From NCBI GenBank assembly GCA_036313175.1, contig JAXJMO010000020.1, forward strand, positions 10,670 to 74,669: a DNA stretch of 64,000 nt, read 5' to 3'. This document shows positions 25,781 to 34,394 of the stretch, one piece after another. The stretch comes from Collinsella sp. Its GTDB lineage: Bacteria > Actinomycetota > Coriobacteriia > Coriobacteriales > Coriobacteriaceae. Made by a program: the position numbers and the translations under genes. Position 1 is the stretch's first letter, and each line of letters opens with the position of its first letter. Below the pieces are notes generated by a model that was given only the letters and a program-made list of their open reading frames with translations, did no database searches and had not been told where the DNA came from.

Positions 25781-28285
25781 CTATAGGTAACGGCCAGTAA
25801 CGCTCTTGGGACAGGCAGCGATATCCGCCGGCGTGCTGGCGCAGACGATTTGCCCGCCGGCGTCGCCACCGCCCGGGCCCATGTCGATCACATAATCGGC
25901 GTTACGGATAAGGTCGAGATCGTGTTCGATCACGATAACCGTGGCGCCCTTGGAAACAAGGCCGTCGAACACACTCAGCAACACCTGAACATCGAGCGGA
26001 TGCAGTCCGATCGTGGGCTCGTCGAATACGAACACGGCATCGTCCTGCACGCGGCCCATCTCGCTCGCGAGCTTAAGGCGCTGTGCCTCGCCGCCCGAAA
26101 GCGCCGGCGTGGGCTCACCGAGCGTGAGATAGCCCAAGCCCAGGTCGTGCAAGGTCTGCAAGCGCGCCTGAACCTTCTTGAGTCCCACCGTGGCGTCGAG
26201 CGCCTCATCCACACTCATATCCATAAGCTGCGGCAACGTAAGCAGACTCCCGTCCTTGCCCTCGCGATGGATATGCGAAGCTGCGTCTGCATAACGTGAG
26301 CCGCGACATGCCGGGCAGACGATCTCGACGTCGGGCAAAAACTGCACGTCGAGCGATATCGAGCCCGTGCCATCGCACGTAGGGCAGCGCAAGGCGCCAG
26401 TGTTGTAGCTAAAGGCGCCCGCCTTGTAGCCGGCTGCCTTAGCCTCGGGCGTACGGGCGAAGGCGCGGCGCAGCTCGTCATGAATGTCGGCATAGGTCGC
26501 TACCGTCGAGCGTACGTTGGCGCCGATGGGCGTAGCGTCAATCAGATTTGCGCGGCCAATGCCCTCGGCATCGACCCAACGCACGTGCCCCGGCAAGCGC
26601 TCGCCAGCTGCCTGCGCCTTAAGTGCAGGAATGAGCGTCTCGAGCACGAGCGTCGTCTTACCCGAACCCGAAACGCCCGTTACCGTGACAAGGCGGCCGC
26701 GCGGGATATCAACCTCGAGCGGCTTGACGGTATGGATGGCCTCGGTTGCCATGCGGATATGTCCCTGGTCGAACATTTCGTCGTCAGTCACCTGCGGACG
26801 CAAGCGCTTGAGCTCGGCGCGCAAAAACGGCGCGATACGGCTGCCCTGCGATTGCTCGACCTCGTCTACCGTACCAGCGGCGATTACACTGCCGCCGCCT
26901 GCTCCGGCAACGGGGCCCATCTCGACCAGATAGTCGGCTTCCACCAGTACGCGCGTATCGTGGTCGACAACAACCACGGTGTTGCCGTCATCCACCAGAT
27001 CGCGCATCACGCCCACCAAGCCGTCGACATTGGCGGGATGTAAGCCGATCGAAGGCTCGTCCAGCACATAGAGCACGCCCGTCGATCGGTTGCGCACCAC
27101 GCGGGCGAGCTGAACGCGCTGGCGCTCACCCGTGGAGAGCGTGGCACCAGCGCGGTCGAGTGAAAGGTAATCGAGACCCAGGTCGACCAGACGACGGGCC
27201 ACGCTCAAAAACGAATCGCAGATATCCGTCGCCATGGGCCGCATCTCGGGCGGCAAGGATGCGGGCACCCCGCGCACCCACTCAATCGCCTCGCCCAGCG
27301 TCATGGCCGCGGCCTGCGCCAGATTGATACCGCACACCTGGGGCTGGCGCGCAGCCTCGGAGAGACGCGCGCCGCCGCAATCGCGGCATGCTCCCTCACG
27401 CAAAAAGCGCGCAACGCGTTTGAGGCCCTTGTCGTCCTTAACCTTGGCGAGCGCATTCTCGACGGTATAGACGGCGTTGTAATAGGTGAAGTCGAGCGGC
27501 GTGGCACCCTCGCCGTTTTTGGGAACGTAGAGAATGTGCTTCTTAACCGCCGGGCCGTGGAACACGATGTCGCGTTCTTCAGGCGTGAGCTGGTTAAACG
27601 GCACATCGGTGCGCACGCCCATCTCGCCAGCCACTTGCTTCATCAGATCCCACATGAGCGTACCCCAGGGAAGCACCGCGCCCTCGTTGATAGTCTTTGA
27701 CTCATCGGGCACCAGGCTCACTTCGTCCACCTCGCGCATGACACCGGTGCCGCCGCAGGTGGGACAGGCACCGCCGCTGTTAAAGGCAAGGTCCTCGGCG
27801 CTCGGCGCGTAGAACTCGCGACCGCATGCAGGGCACGTGAGCGACAGGCCCGCAGCCACGTTAAGGCTCGGCTCCACGCGCGCCCCGCAGTGCGGACACA
27901 CGTGATGGGCGCAACGGCTAAAGAGCAGGCGCAGGCTGTTGTTGAGCTCGGTCATGGTACCAAAGGTCGAGCGCACGCCCGGCACGCTGGGGCGCTGATG
28001 CAATGCGAGCGCCGCCGGTACGTGCAATACCTCATCCACCTGGGCGTGTTCGACCTGCGTCAGGCGACGTCGAGTATAGGTGCTGAGCGCTTCCAAGTAG
28101 CGGCGCGAACCCTCGGCATAAAGAACCCCCAGTGCCAGCGAACTCTTGCCCGAACCCGATACGCCGGCAATACCCACCAGCTTTCCCAGCGGAATATCGA
28201 TATCGATGTCTTTGAGGTTATGGACGCGCGCGCCGCGTACCTCGATAGCCTGCGGGCTCATCTTCTGTTCCGTCACCTTTATCAC
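25781..28285 (-). CDS. UvrA-family ABC ATPase paralog lacking the UvrB-binding insert (class II-like)
   Basis: Two ABC modules (GVSGSGKSSL and GVSGSGKTTL) with LSTGERQR / LSGGEAQR signatures. The first zinc module, CPHCG...CPACG, has only ~20 residues between its CxxC pairs. Total length is 834 aa. The start is GTG 28285 or ATG 28261. Confidence 0.85.
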   Translation of the reverse strand: MIKVTEQKMSPQAIEVRGARVHNLKDIDIDIPLGKLVGIAGVSGSGKSSLALGVLYAEGSRRYLEALSTYTRRRLTQVEHAQVDEVLHVPAALALHQRPSVPGVRSTFGTMTELNNSLRLLFSRCAHHVCPHCGARVEPSLNVAAGLSLTCPACGREFYAPSAEDLAFNSGGACPTCGGTGVMREVDEVSLVPDESKTINEGAVLPWGTLMWDLMKQVAGEMGVRTDVPFNQLTPEERDIVFHGPAVKKHILYVPKNGEGATPLDFTYYNAVYTVENALAKVKDDKGLKRVARFLREGACRDCGGARLSEAARQPQVCGINLAQAAAMTLGEAIEWVRGVPASLPPEMRPMATDICDSFLSVARRLVDLGLDYLSLDRAGATLSTGERQRVQLARVVRNRSTGVLYVLDEPSIGLHPANVDGLVGVMRDLVDDGNTVVVVDHDTRVLVEADYLVEMGPVAGAGGGSVIAAGTVDEVEQSQGSRIAPFLRAELKRLRPQVTDDEMFDQGHIRMATEAIHTVKPLEVDIPRGRLVTVTGVSGSGKTTLVLETLIPALKAQAAGERLPGHVRWVDAEGIGRANLIDATPIGANVRSTVATYADIHDELRRAFARTPEAKAAGYKAGAFSYNTGALRCPTCDGTGSISLDVQFLPDVEIVCPACRGSRYADAASHIHREGKDGSLLTLPQLMDMSVDEALDATVGLKKVQARLQTLHDLGLGYLTLGEPTPALSGGEAQRLKLASEMGRVQDDAVFVFDEPTIGLHPLDVQVLLSVFDGLVSKGATVIVIEHDLDLIRNADYVIDMGPGGGDAGGQIVCASTPADIAACPKSVTGRYL

Positions 28286-28289
28286 CCTA

Positions 28290-29405
28290 CTAATGCCATA
28301 AAACTCGATCGCGAACGTACGCGCCCAGCATGGGCACGGTAAACCGGACGAGGCCGTATCCGGCAGCCTCGATGACGCGCTCGCGAATCAAGCTTGCGCG
28401 ATATTTACTCGCCCAGCTTTGGGTACGATCGCAACGCTCAATGATATCCGCCATGCGCGTCGGCTTGCCCTCGTCAGCCGCCATGGCTTCAATAAAGAGG
28501 CGCTGTGGGCTGCGCAATCCGTAATACAGGGGCGCGTCGACCGCTTCATAGAACTCGGAGATGGCATCCACGTGCCCAGCCTCAACATCGCGCTCTTCAA
28601 TGACCTGCGAGTCACGCCGAATGGCAGACCGCCACATGTAATAGCCCACCAGCTGAACCATATATGGATGCCCCATGCTCTTGTGTGCCGCAAGATCCGC
28701 CGTCCCCGCGTCAACGTAAAGACCAGCGTTTTTGACCGTCTGGATATATGAATCGCGCACCTTGGGCAAAGAAATCGCCCCCAGCGTACGCTGCTGGGCA
28801 CGCCGCAAAAACGTCACGCTCGGCTCTTCGAGCAGATCGTCAACCATACTGGGTAAGCCGGCAAACACCAGCGCAAGACCGCGCTGGTCGCTATCGGACA
28901 AGCCCGTGGCATCCTGGTCTCCGAGCACCTGCTGATAGAGAACGGCAAGGGCCGCCAGCTCCTCGATAGACGCCGATTGTGCCTCGTCAATCGCAAACAG
29001 CATGCCTTTGCCTGGATCGAGCTTCTTAAGGCGCTCGTTGACCAGCCCGCGCAGCGTTTCACCCTTTGCACGCGCCGCCTCGACCGACATGCGCCCGAAT
29101 GATGGACCGAGTTCCATTGACGTCACAACGGGTTTATTCGAGCGAAGTGCATCGGCCAAGCGGTCGCATAAGCCAAGCGAAGCGGAATCGGAGACAACCG
29201 CCCATCCGCGCTCATTGGCTAGACATTGCAGCTCCCGCAGGAGAACCGTCTTGCCGCAACCGCGGTTTCCCGTAATGAGCATGAGCCTGCCCGGCGCTCC
29301 GGCGCCGTTATCGAGCCCTTCCTCGAAATCTTCGATGACCGACTCGCGACCGATGAGTATCGGAGGCCGCTTGCCAGCCGTGGGCTTAAAGGGATTTGGA
29401 TTCAT
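28290..29405 (-). CDS. AAA-type ATP-binding protein (paralog of 24640-25740) with a C-terminal winged-helix region
   Basis: NPFKPTAGKRPPILIGRE N-terminus, Walker A GNRGCGKT, Walker B MLFAIDEA. The ATG follows GAGGAGG. The stop lies 4 nt before the UvrA-like GTG, so the two genes are likely co-transcribed. Confidence 0.7.
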   Translation of the reverse strand: MNPNPFKPTAGKRPPILIGRESVIEDFEEGLDNGAGAPGRLMLITGNRGCGKTVLLRELQCLANERGWAVVSDSASLGLCDRLADALRSNKPVVTSMELGPSFGRMSVEAARAKGETLRGLVNERLKKLDPGKGMLFAIDEAQSASIEELAALAVLYQQVLGDQDATGLSDSDQRGLALVFAGLPSMVDDLLEEPSVTFLRRAQQRTLGAISLPKVRDSYIQTVKNAGLYVDAGTADLAAHKSMGHPYMVQLVGYYMWRSAIRRDSQVIEERDVEAGHVDAISEFYEAVDAPLYYGLRSPQRLFIEAMAADEGKPTRMADIIERCDRTQSWASKYRASLIRERVIEAAGYGLVRFTVPMLGAYVRDRVLWH

Positions 29406-29472
29406 GTCGGCCTCCTCGGATTGGCAAACCTTGGCAATAGTTATACCAACTTGTACCGAGTTATACCAATAG

Positions 29473-29505
29473 CATGTGACAAAGGAACTGTCCCTTTGTC
29501 ACATG
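29473..29505. repeat. palindromic element family A, copy 3 (CATGTGACAAAGG-AACTGTC-CCTTTGTCACATG)
   Basis: Read directly. The right arm contains the stop codon (29499-29501, minus strand) of the TetM-like gene. Confidence 0.8.
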
Positions 29506-31502
29506 TGGCCGAAAAACTCGGCGTCTGCTGCTCGCCAGGGGCGAAAGGTGGCGGGATCGACCTTTACGTGCGCCGTGGCGGGGACGTCGTGCCACTTGAC
29601 GGTGTAGCCGGCGCCATGAGAGCAGAAGACCGAGTCGGGCGTATTGGGCAGATCGGCCTCGGGCTTATAGGCGGCCGCCTCAATTACGCGCTCAGCATCA
29701 TGACAGGGCGCGTGGCCGGCAAACTCCAGGTACAGATGCCCGTGGCCACTCGTATAGGCAGCCACCTCCAGCGCGTAATCCTGCACTTCGGATGCCGGCA
29801 CGCGGCCCATGAGCTTGGCGCGGTCTCCCGCCATCGTCGGCGGCTCGTACTCGGCACCCATACGCGTAGCATCCGAAAGCGCCCGGCCCACACACTCCCC
29901 CGGCACCTCGAGCTCAAAGTGGTACCACGGCTCCAACAGCACCGCCGCGCCCGCCTCACGCGCCTGCATGAACCCCTGGCGAATCGCGCGGTACGTGGCC
30001 TGGCGAAAATCGCCGCCCTCGGTGTGTTTGGCATGCGCACGGCCGCCCGTGAGCGTAATGCGCACATCGGTGACGGGCGAGCCAGTCAGCACGCCCAGGT
30101 GATCGCGCTCCATGGCGTTGGTGAGCGCCAGACGCTGCCAGTTCAAGTCGAGCTCGTCAGTCGAGGTCACGGTGCCAAATTGCACGCCCGAGCCCGCCGG
30201 TAACGGCTCCAAACGCAGACGTACCTCGGCATAGTGGCGCAGCGGCTCAAAGTGGCCCACGCCCTCGACCGGCTGCGAAATAGTCTCCTTATAGAGAATG
30301 CCGCCGGGCTCAAACGCAATCGAAAGGCCAAAACGATCTGCCAACACCCGCTGCACGACCTCGAGTTGCACGGCGCCCATCAGCTGCAGGTGAATCTGCT
30401 CCAGATGAGTATTCCAGCTTACGCCGAGCATAGGATCTTCGTCCGCCAACTCAGTCAGTGCTTTGAACACCGTATGGACATCGTGTTCGCCTGGAAGCAC
30501 CGTATAGGTGAGGACCGGCGCAATGACGGGCGCATCGCCCGCGGGCTCTGCGCCCAGGACGTCCCCCGGGCGAACGTGCGCAAGACCCGTCACGGCACAA
30601 ATACCGCCAGCGGCAACTTCCTGGGCAAGCTCATACTTTTCGCCGTTATAGATGCGTACCTGATCGATCTTTTGCTCCCAAGTGGAGGCGCCAGAGCATC
30701 CCTCGACAACTTGCTTTGCACGCAGCACACCGCCCGTCACCTTGACCCAGGCAAGACGCTCGCCACGGTCTCCACGACTCACGCGGTAGACACGCGCGGC
30801 GAACTCCTGGGGCCATGTTCGCTCGTACATCAGAGTGCACATACCGTCGAGTAGCTCGTCCACGCCTTGGTCCTTGAGCGCCGAGCCGGCAAAGCAGGGA
30901 AAGAGCTTGCGCTCGGCAACCATGCGCGACAGCGTTGCGACAGAAAGCTCACCCGCCTCAAGAAACTCCTCGAGCGCCGCCTCGTCCAACGCAGCAGCGT
31001 CCTCCTGAACGGAGCCGCCCGCCAGCAGTTCGCTGGCATCCAGGCAGCCCTCGGAAAGACGTTGCCCAAGTTGTGCCAGCAAAACATCGCGGCCGGGATT
31101 CTCCAAATCGATTTTGTTGATATAGATGAACGTCGGGATGTCATAGCGTGCAAGCAGGCGCCACAGGGTTTCGGTGTGCCCCTGCACGCCGTCGTTGGCG
31201 CCCACAACTAAAATCGCGTAGTCCAGCGCGCGCAATGTGCGCTCCGCCTCGGCCGAAAAATCGACATGCCCCGGTGCATCCACGAGCATGACGTGGGTAT
31301 CGCCATGGTCGAGCACGGCCTGCGACGAGAAAATCGTGATGCCACGTTCGCGCTCGATCGTGTTAGTGTCCAGATGCGAATCGCCATCGTCCACGCGGCC
31401 GCGCTTGCGAATACGACCCGCGTTGAACAGCATGGCCTCGGCCAGCGTGGTCTTGCCGGCATCGACATGCGCCAAGATTCCAACGACCGCTTGCTTCGAC
31501 AT
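29499..31502 (-). CDS. EF-G-like translational GTPase of the TetM/TetO ribosomal-protection type
   Basis: MSKQAVVGILAHVDAGKTTL, DAPGHVDF, INKID G-motifs and a five-domain EF-G-like length (667 aa). The ATG at 31500-31502 follows GAGGAG. By eye the G domain is only moderately similar to Tet(M)/Tet(W), so a resistance function is not established. Confidence 0.7.
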   Translation of the reverse strand: MSKQAVVGILAHVDAGKTTLAEAMLFNAGRIRKRGRVDDGDSHLDTNTIERERGITIFSSQAVLDHGDTHVMLVDAPGHVDFSAEAERTLRALDYAILVVGANDGVQGHTETLWRLLARYDIPTFIYINKIDLENPGRDVLLAQLGQRLSEGCLDASELLAGGSVQEDAAALDEAALEEFLEAGELSVATLSRMVAERKLFPCFAGSALKDQGVDELLDGMCTLMYERTWPQEFAARVYRVSRGDRGERLAWVKVTGGVLRAKQVVEGCSGASTWEQKIDQVRIYNGEKYELAQEVAAGGICAVTGLAHVRPGDVLGAEPAGDAPVIAPVLTYTVLPGEHDVHTVFKALTELADEDPMLGVSWNTHLEQIHLQLMGAVQLEVVQRVLADRFGLSIAFEPGGILYKETISQPVEGVGHFEPLRHYAEVRLRLEPLPAGSGVQFGTVTSTDELDLNWQRLALTNAMERDHLGVLTGSPVTDVRITLTGGRAHAKHTEGGDFRQATYRAIRQGFMQAREAGAAVLLEPWYHFELEVPGECVGRALSDATRMGAEYEPPTMAGDRAKLMGRVPASEVQDYALEVAAYTSGHGHLYLEFAGHAPCHDAERVIEAAAYKPEADLPNTPDSVFCSHGAGYTVKWHDVPATAHVKVDPATFRPWRAADAEFFGHM

Positions 31503-31744
31503 GGCTCTCCTCTTATATACAAGCCCATCACACGCGGCAACGGGCACTCACGCTCCACACTGGATGATACAATTTACGGGCCGGCGGGCGAAGCGGGCCC
31601 TATCCCCCGACCGAGCTCATCGTCCCGCGTTGCCGCGCGGCGATTTTCGTAGGTTCGCGCCTTGCGAAAGCCGGCACCTCCCCTTTTCGTCTGCCCGGGC
31701 TCATCTGGGGCGATAACAACGCGAGCCCCACAACAACGCGTTTT

Positions 31745-31774
31745 ACCAAAAATGGCCCCACTCGGGGCCATTTT
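31745..31774 (-). terminator. intrinsic terminator after the GNAT gene
   Basis: AAAATGGCCCC (31749-31759) pairs with GGGGCCATTTT (31764-31774). The minus strand continues with TTTTTGG. Confidence 0.7.
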
Positions 31775-31808
31775 CATTTCGGTGAAACGCTGGTATGCGA
31801 CTCGGCCT

Positions 31809-32300
31809 TTATGCCTCGCGCAGCCAATCAAACGCGACGCGCGGCGTACCGTCCGACACATACACGACGCCGGCGCGCTTAAACCCGGCCTTGGCGATGG
31901 CGCCCTGCATAGGCAGGTTGTCTTGGTGCGTGTCGATGCGCAGATGGTCGATACGTTCCTTGGCAAAGGCAAACATCGCGGCCGCAACGCCATGCGTGGT
32001 GCCGTCGGATGCCACGCGGTGCAGCACGGCGTACGGAGTGTCGCTACGCCATTGACCGTCCTCAATGACGTCATAGCACTCGTCCGGGCCCGGTAAAAAG
32101 GCAAACGTCGCCACCACGCGGCCGTCGACTTCGCACACATAGCTGCCACCGGCAGCGATATCGGCAGCCAGCTGCTCGGCCGAAGGCGTGCCCTCGGGCC
32201 ACTGCGTGGCGTTGCCATGCGCGCGCATAAAGGCGCGGGCCGCGTCATAAATAGCCATGACGGCGGGAATGTCGGTATCGAGGGTTTTTCTGATCATCAC
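31809..32300 (-). CDS. GNAT family N-acetyltransferase
   Basis: 163 aa with acetyl-CoA-binding-like core HGVAAAMFAFAKER...IDTHQDNLPMQGAIAKAGFKRAG. Confidence 0.75.
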   Translation of the reverse strand: MMIRKTLDTDIPAVMAIYDAARAFMRAHGNATQWPEGTPSAEQLAADIAAGGSYVCEVDGRVVATFAFLPGPDECYDVIEDGQWRSDTPYAVLHRVASDGTTHGVAAAMFAFAKERIDHLRIDTHQDNLPMQGAIAKAGFKRAGVVYVSDGTPRVAFDWLREA

Positions 32301-32374
32301 GCGGCGACCTCACGTTTATTGGTATCACTTTGGTTGAGCAATGATACCAGCGTTTGGAGAGAGGCGCGAAGCAG

Positions 32375-32671
32375 ATGGGAAGCAAAAAGCGAGCCGCCTG
32401 GTCAAAGGCCAAAAGCGAGTTTTTGGGCGCTGCTACCGGCGGCGATATGAGCGACCTGTTTGCGCTCGAGGACGAGCGCCGCGACGCCCTAGACGCCGAG
32501 CGCGATGAAGCCTGGCGCTACAAGTCGTGCGAGCGCAAAAACCGTTACGACACGCGCGCCGAGGCCGAAGCCGTTATGGCCGACTGCGAAAACCGCGGAC
32601 GCCGCGGGCTGGCCTGCTACAAATGCGAATACTGCGGCGGCTGGCACCTGACGTCGCACCCTTGGAAATAG
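32375..32671 (+). CDS. hypothetical small protein with a C-terminal CxxC...WHLTS motif
   Basis: The ATG at 32375 lies ~10 nt after GGAGAGAGG. The C-terminus is RYDTRAEAEAVMADCENRGRRGLACYKCEYCGGWHLTSHPWK. No confident family assignment. Confidence 0.5.
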   Translation: MGSKKRAAWSKAKSEFLGAATGGDMSDLFALEDERRDALDAERDEAWRYKSCERKNRYDTRAEAEAVMADCENRGRRGLACYKCEYCGGWHLTSHPWK

Positions 32672-32719
32672 GGACCGCATCGGCACGGCACTAGCGAAGC
32701 CCCGGTAATCGCACGCAAG

Positions 32720-33424
32720 CTACGAGCGCGGCGGCACCAACACATCGTAGCGAACGGCCTTGCCCGCAAGTTGATAGCTCGGCTTAACGCCGGCAAGCAG
32801 TGGCCCCTTCACCGGCCGCTTGATAACGACCTTGCGCGGGTGCACCGCAAGCGCAGCTTCGACCAGCGTCTCCTCATCGGCGCACGGCTGTTCCAGATGA
32901 TGCAAGAGTTGGAACTTCTTTTTAACCGCCGCGCTCTTGGTGCGCTCGGGAAACATGGGGTCCAGATACACCACGTCGGGAGCCGCAAGCTCGCCCTGCC
33001 CGATCAACTCAGCTGTATGGCGAAGACCGGCAATGCTGTCCTCGCCCGCATGTAAGCGCATGCGGGCCACGGCAGCAGCAAGCGCCGGATCATCTGCCGC
33101 GCGATCCAAGGCATCCTTGAGGAGCGCCGCGATCACGCAATCCTGCTCATACAGATCGACGGTAAAGCCCGCGGCAGCCAGCAGTAGCGAATCCTCGCCA
33201 AAGCCCGCCGTGGCATCAATCGCCCATGGGCGCTCGATGCCCTTTGTGCGCGCAGCCTTTACCAACAGCTCTTGCTGCAAACGGCCCTGTTTGAGCCGCG
33301 GAAGCATGCGAGTAAAATCGGCTCGCAGCTCCATCGAGCCGTCGGTGAGCGTGAGGCCCTCGGACTTCCCGGTCAGCTCAAGCCCCGCGGCCCGAGCAAC
33401 AGAAAAGGGATCGACGACGCCCAT
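32720..33424 (-). CDS. rsmJ: 16S rRNA m2G1516 methyltransferase RsmJ family (SAM-dependent)
   Basis: AIDATAGFGEDSLLLAAAGF and VVYLDPMFPERTKSAAVKKKFQLL match the RsmJ (YhiQ) layout. The ATG at 33422-33424 lies 7 nt after AAGGAG. Confidence 0.8.
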   Translation of the reverse strand: MGVVDPFSVARAAGLELTGKSEGLTLTDGSMELRADFTRMLPRLKQGRLQQELLVKAARTKGIERPWAIDATAGFGEDSLLLAAAGFTVDLYEQDCVIAALLKDALDRAADDPALAAAVARMRLHAGEDSIAGLRHTAELIGQGELAAPDVVYLDPMFPERTKSAAVKKKFQLLHHLEQPCADEETLVEAALAVHPRKVVIKRPVKGPLLAGVKPSYQLAGKAVRYDVLVPPRS

Positions 33425-33488
33425 GGACACTCCTTAACAAGCAAAACGAATACGCGGGGCGCCGTTTATGCCAGCACCCAACCGTCCG

Positions 33489-33632
33489 CTATTGTCCCAC
33501 ATGCGACATGGCCCACAGCATCCCAATGCAAAGCACCGCCATCAATCCCGTGCACACGGCAGCGATCACGGAATCGCCCATGCGCCTTCCCAGCGACCGC
33601 GGCTCTCGTACTTGCTCTGCTCCGTACATCAT
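33489..33632 (-). CDS. hypothetical 47-aa single-TM protein
   Basis: A strong AAGGAGGAG sits 3 nt before ATGATG at 33627-33632. The product is MMYGAEQVREPRSLGRRMGDSVIAAVCTGLMAVLCIGMLWAMSHVGQ with one hydrophobic helix. Confidence 0.45.
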   Translation of the reverse strand: MMYGAEQVREPRSLGRRMGDSVIAAVCTGLMAVLCIGMLWAMSHVGQ

Positions 33633-33861
33633 GACTCCTCCTTGAGACCAGCTCCTTGTTACGGCCTCATCATCGCAGCGCCGCACATGAGCTGCCATCG
33701 ATTTGGCTTACGTCCAGCTTTCCTTTTTGAAAGGTTGGACCGTACAGGCAAGAGACGCTTTCAAACGCATGCATCGTCCCGTTGAACTACAATGTGCTTC
33801 ACGATATGTGCCGTAACCTGGGCGCGACAGATTCTCCGCGCCCGCATCGAAAGGACCAGCT

Positions 33862-34263
33862 ATGAGCGCTGCTCGCAAGACACTCAAAATCCTTGCCCTG
33901 ATTTATTTTGTTCTGGGCATCGCCAGCCTCGTCATCGGAATTGCCGGCATTGTTACCGGCAATTTTGGATCCGCTTACGGATCGAACGCCACACTCGCCG
34001 CTGTTGTGGTGATTGTTAAGGGCCTCGTCGACCTTGCCGCAGGCGTCGCCGGTATCAAGGGCGCCAACAAGCCTTCGCAGGTAGACGGCGCATTTAAGCT
34101 CGGTATCGTTGCCGCGGCAGCCACGCTCCTCCAAGCCGTGCTCACGCTTCCCGCACTCGGCGGCAGCTCCGTCAATATCATCGCCTTTGTTATTGTGGTC
34201 TACGACCTGTTCTTTGTTCAGCAGGCACACGCCGTTAAGGCCGAGAACAAGGACCGCCTGTAA
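33862..34263 (+). CDS. hypothetical membrane protein (4 predicted TM helices)
   Basis: 133 aa with hydrophobic segments ILALIYFVLGIASLVIGIAGIV, AAVVVIVKGLVDLAAGVAGI, GIVAAAATLLQAVLTLPAL and IIAFVIVVYDLFFV. AAAGGA lies upstream of the ATG. Confidence 0.55.
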   Translation: MSAARKTLKILALIYFVLGIASLVIGIAGIVTGNFGSAYGSNATLAAVVVIVKGLVDLAAGVAGIKGANKPSQVDGAFKLGIVAAAATLLQAVLTLPALGGSSVNIIAFVIVVYDLFFVQQAHAVKAENKDRL

Positions 34264-34304
34264 GTGCCCGCTTCTCATAACCTCTGTTGCAGCCAAGCAA
34301 CTAA

Positions 34305-34346
34305 AAAGGGCCGATCGCGCATCTCCGCGGTCGGCCCTTTACGTTT
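34305..34346 (+). terminator. intrinsic terminator after the membrane protein gene
   Basis: AAAGGGCCGATCGCG pairs with CGCGGTCGGCCCTTT (one U-G pair), followed by ACGTTTG. Confidence 0.6.
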
Positions 34347-34357
34347 GCCTAGATAAA

Positions 34358-34392
34358 ACCTACCAAAATAAACCTGTCCTTTTTTGGCAGGT
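34358..34392. repeat. hairpin element family B, copy 2 (ACCTACCAAAA-TAAACCTGTCCTT-TTTTGGCAGGT)
   Basis: Shares CCAAAATAAACCTGTCC(C)TTTTTGGCAGGT with 13751-13786. Here it sits between convergent genes, adjacent to the rlmA stop. Confidence 0.7.
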
Positions 34393-34394
34393 TG

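Noticed and set aside
29499-31502. Calling this gene a bona fide acquired tet(M)/tet(W)-type tetracycline resistance determinant
   Set aside because: By eye only the G-domain motifs and overall architecture match, and similarity to Tet(M)/Tet(W) N-termini is moderate. There is no mobile-element context. It is kept as a TetM/TetO-type EF-G-like GTPase of unproven function.
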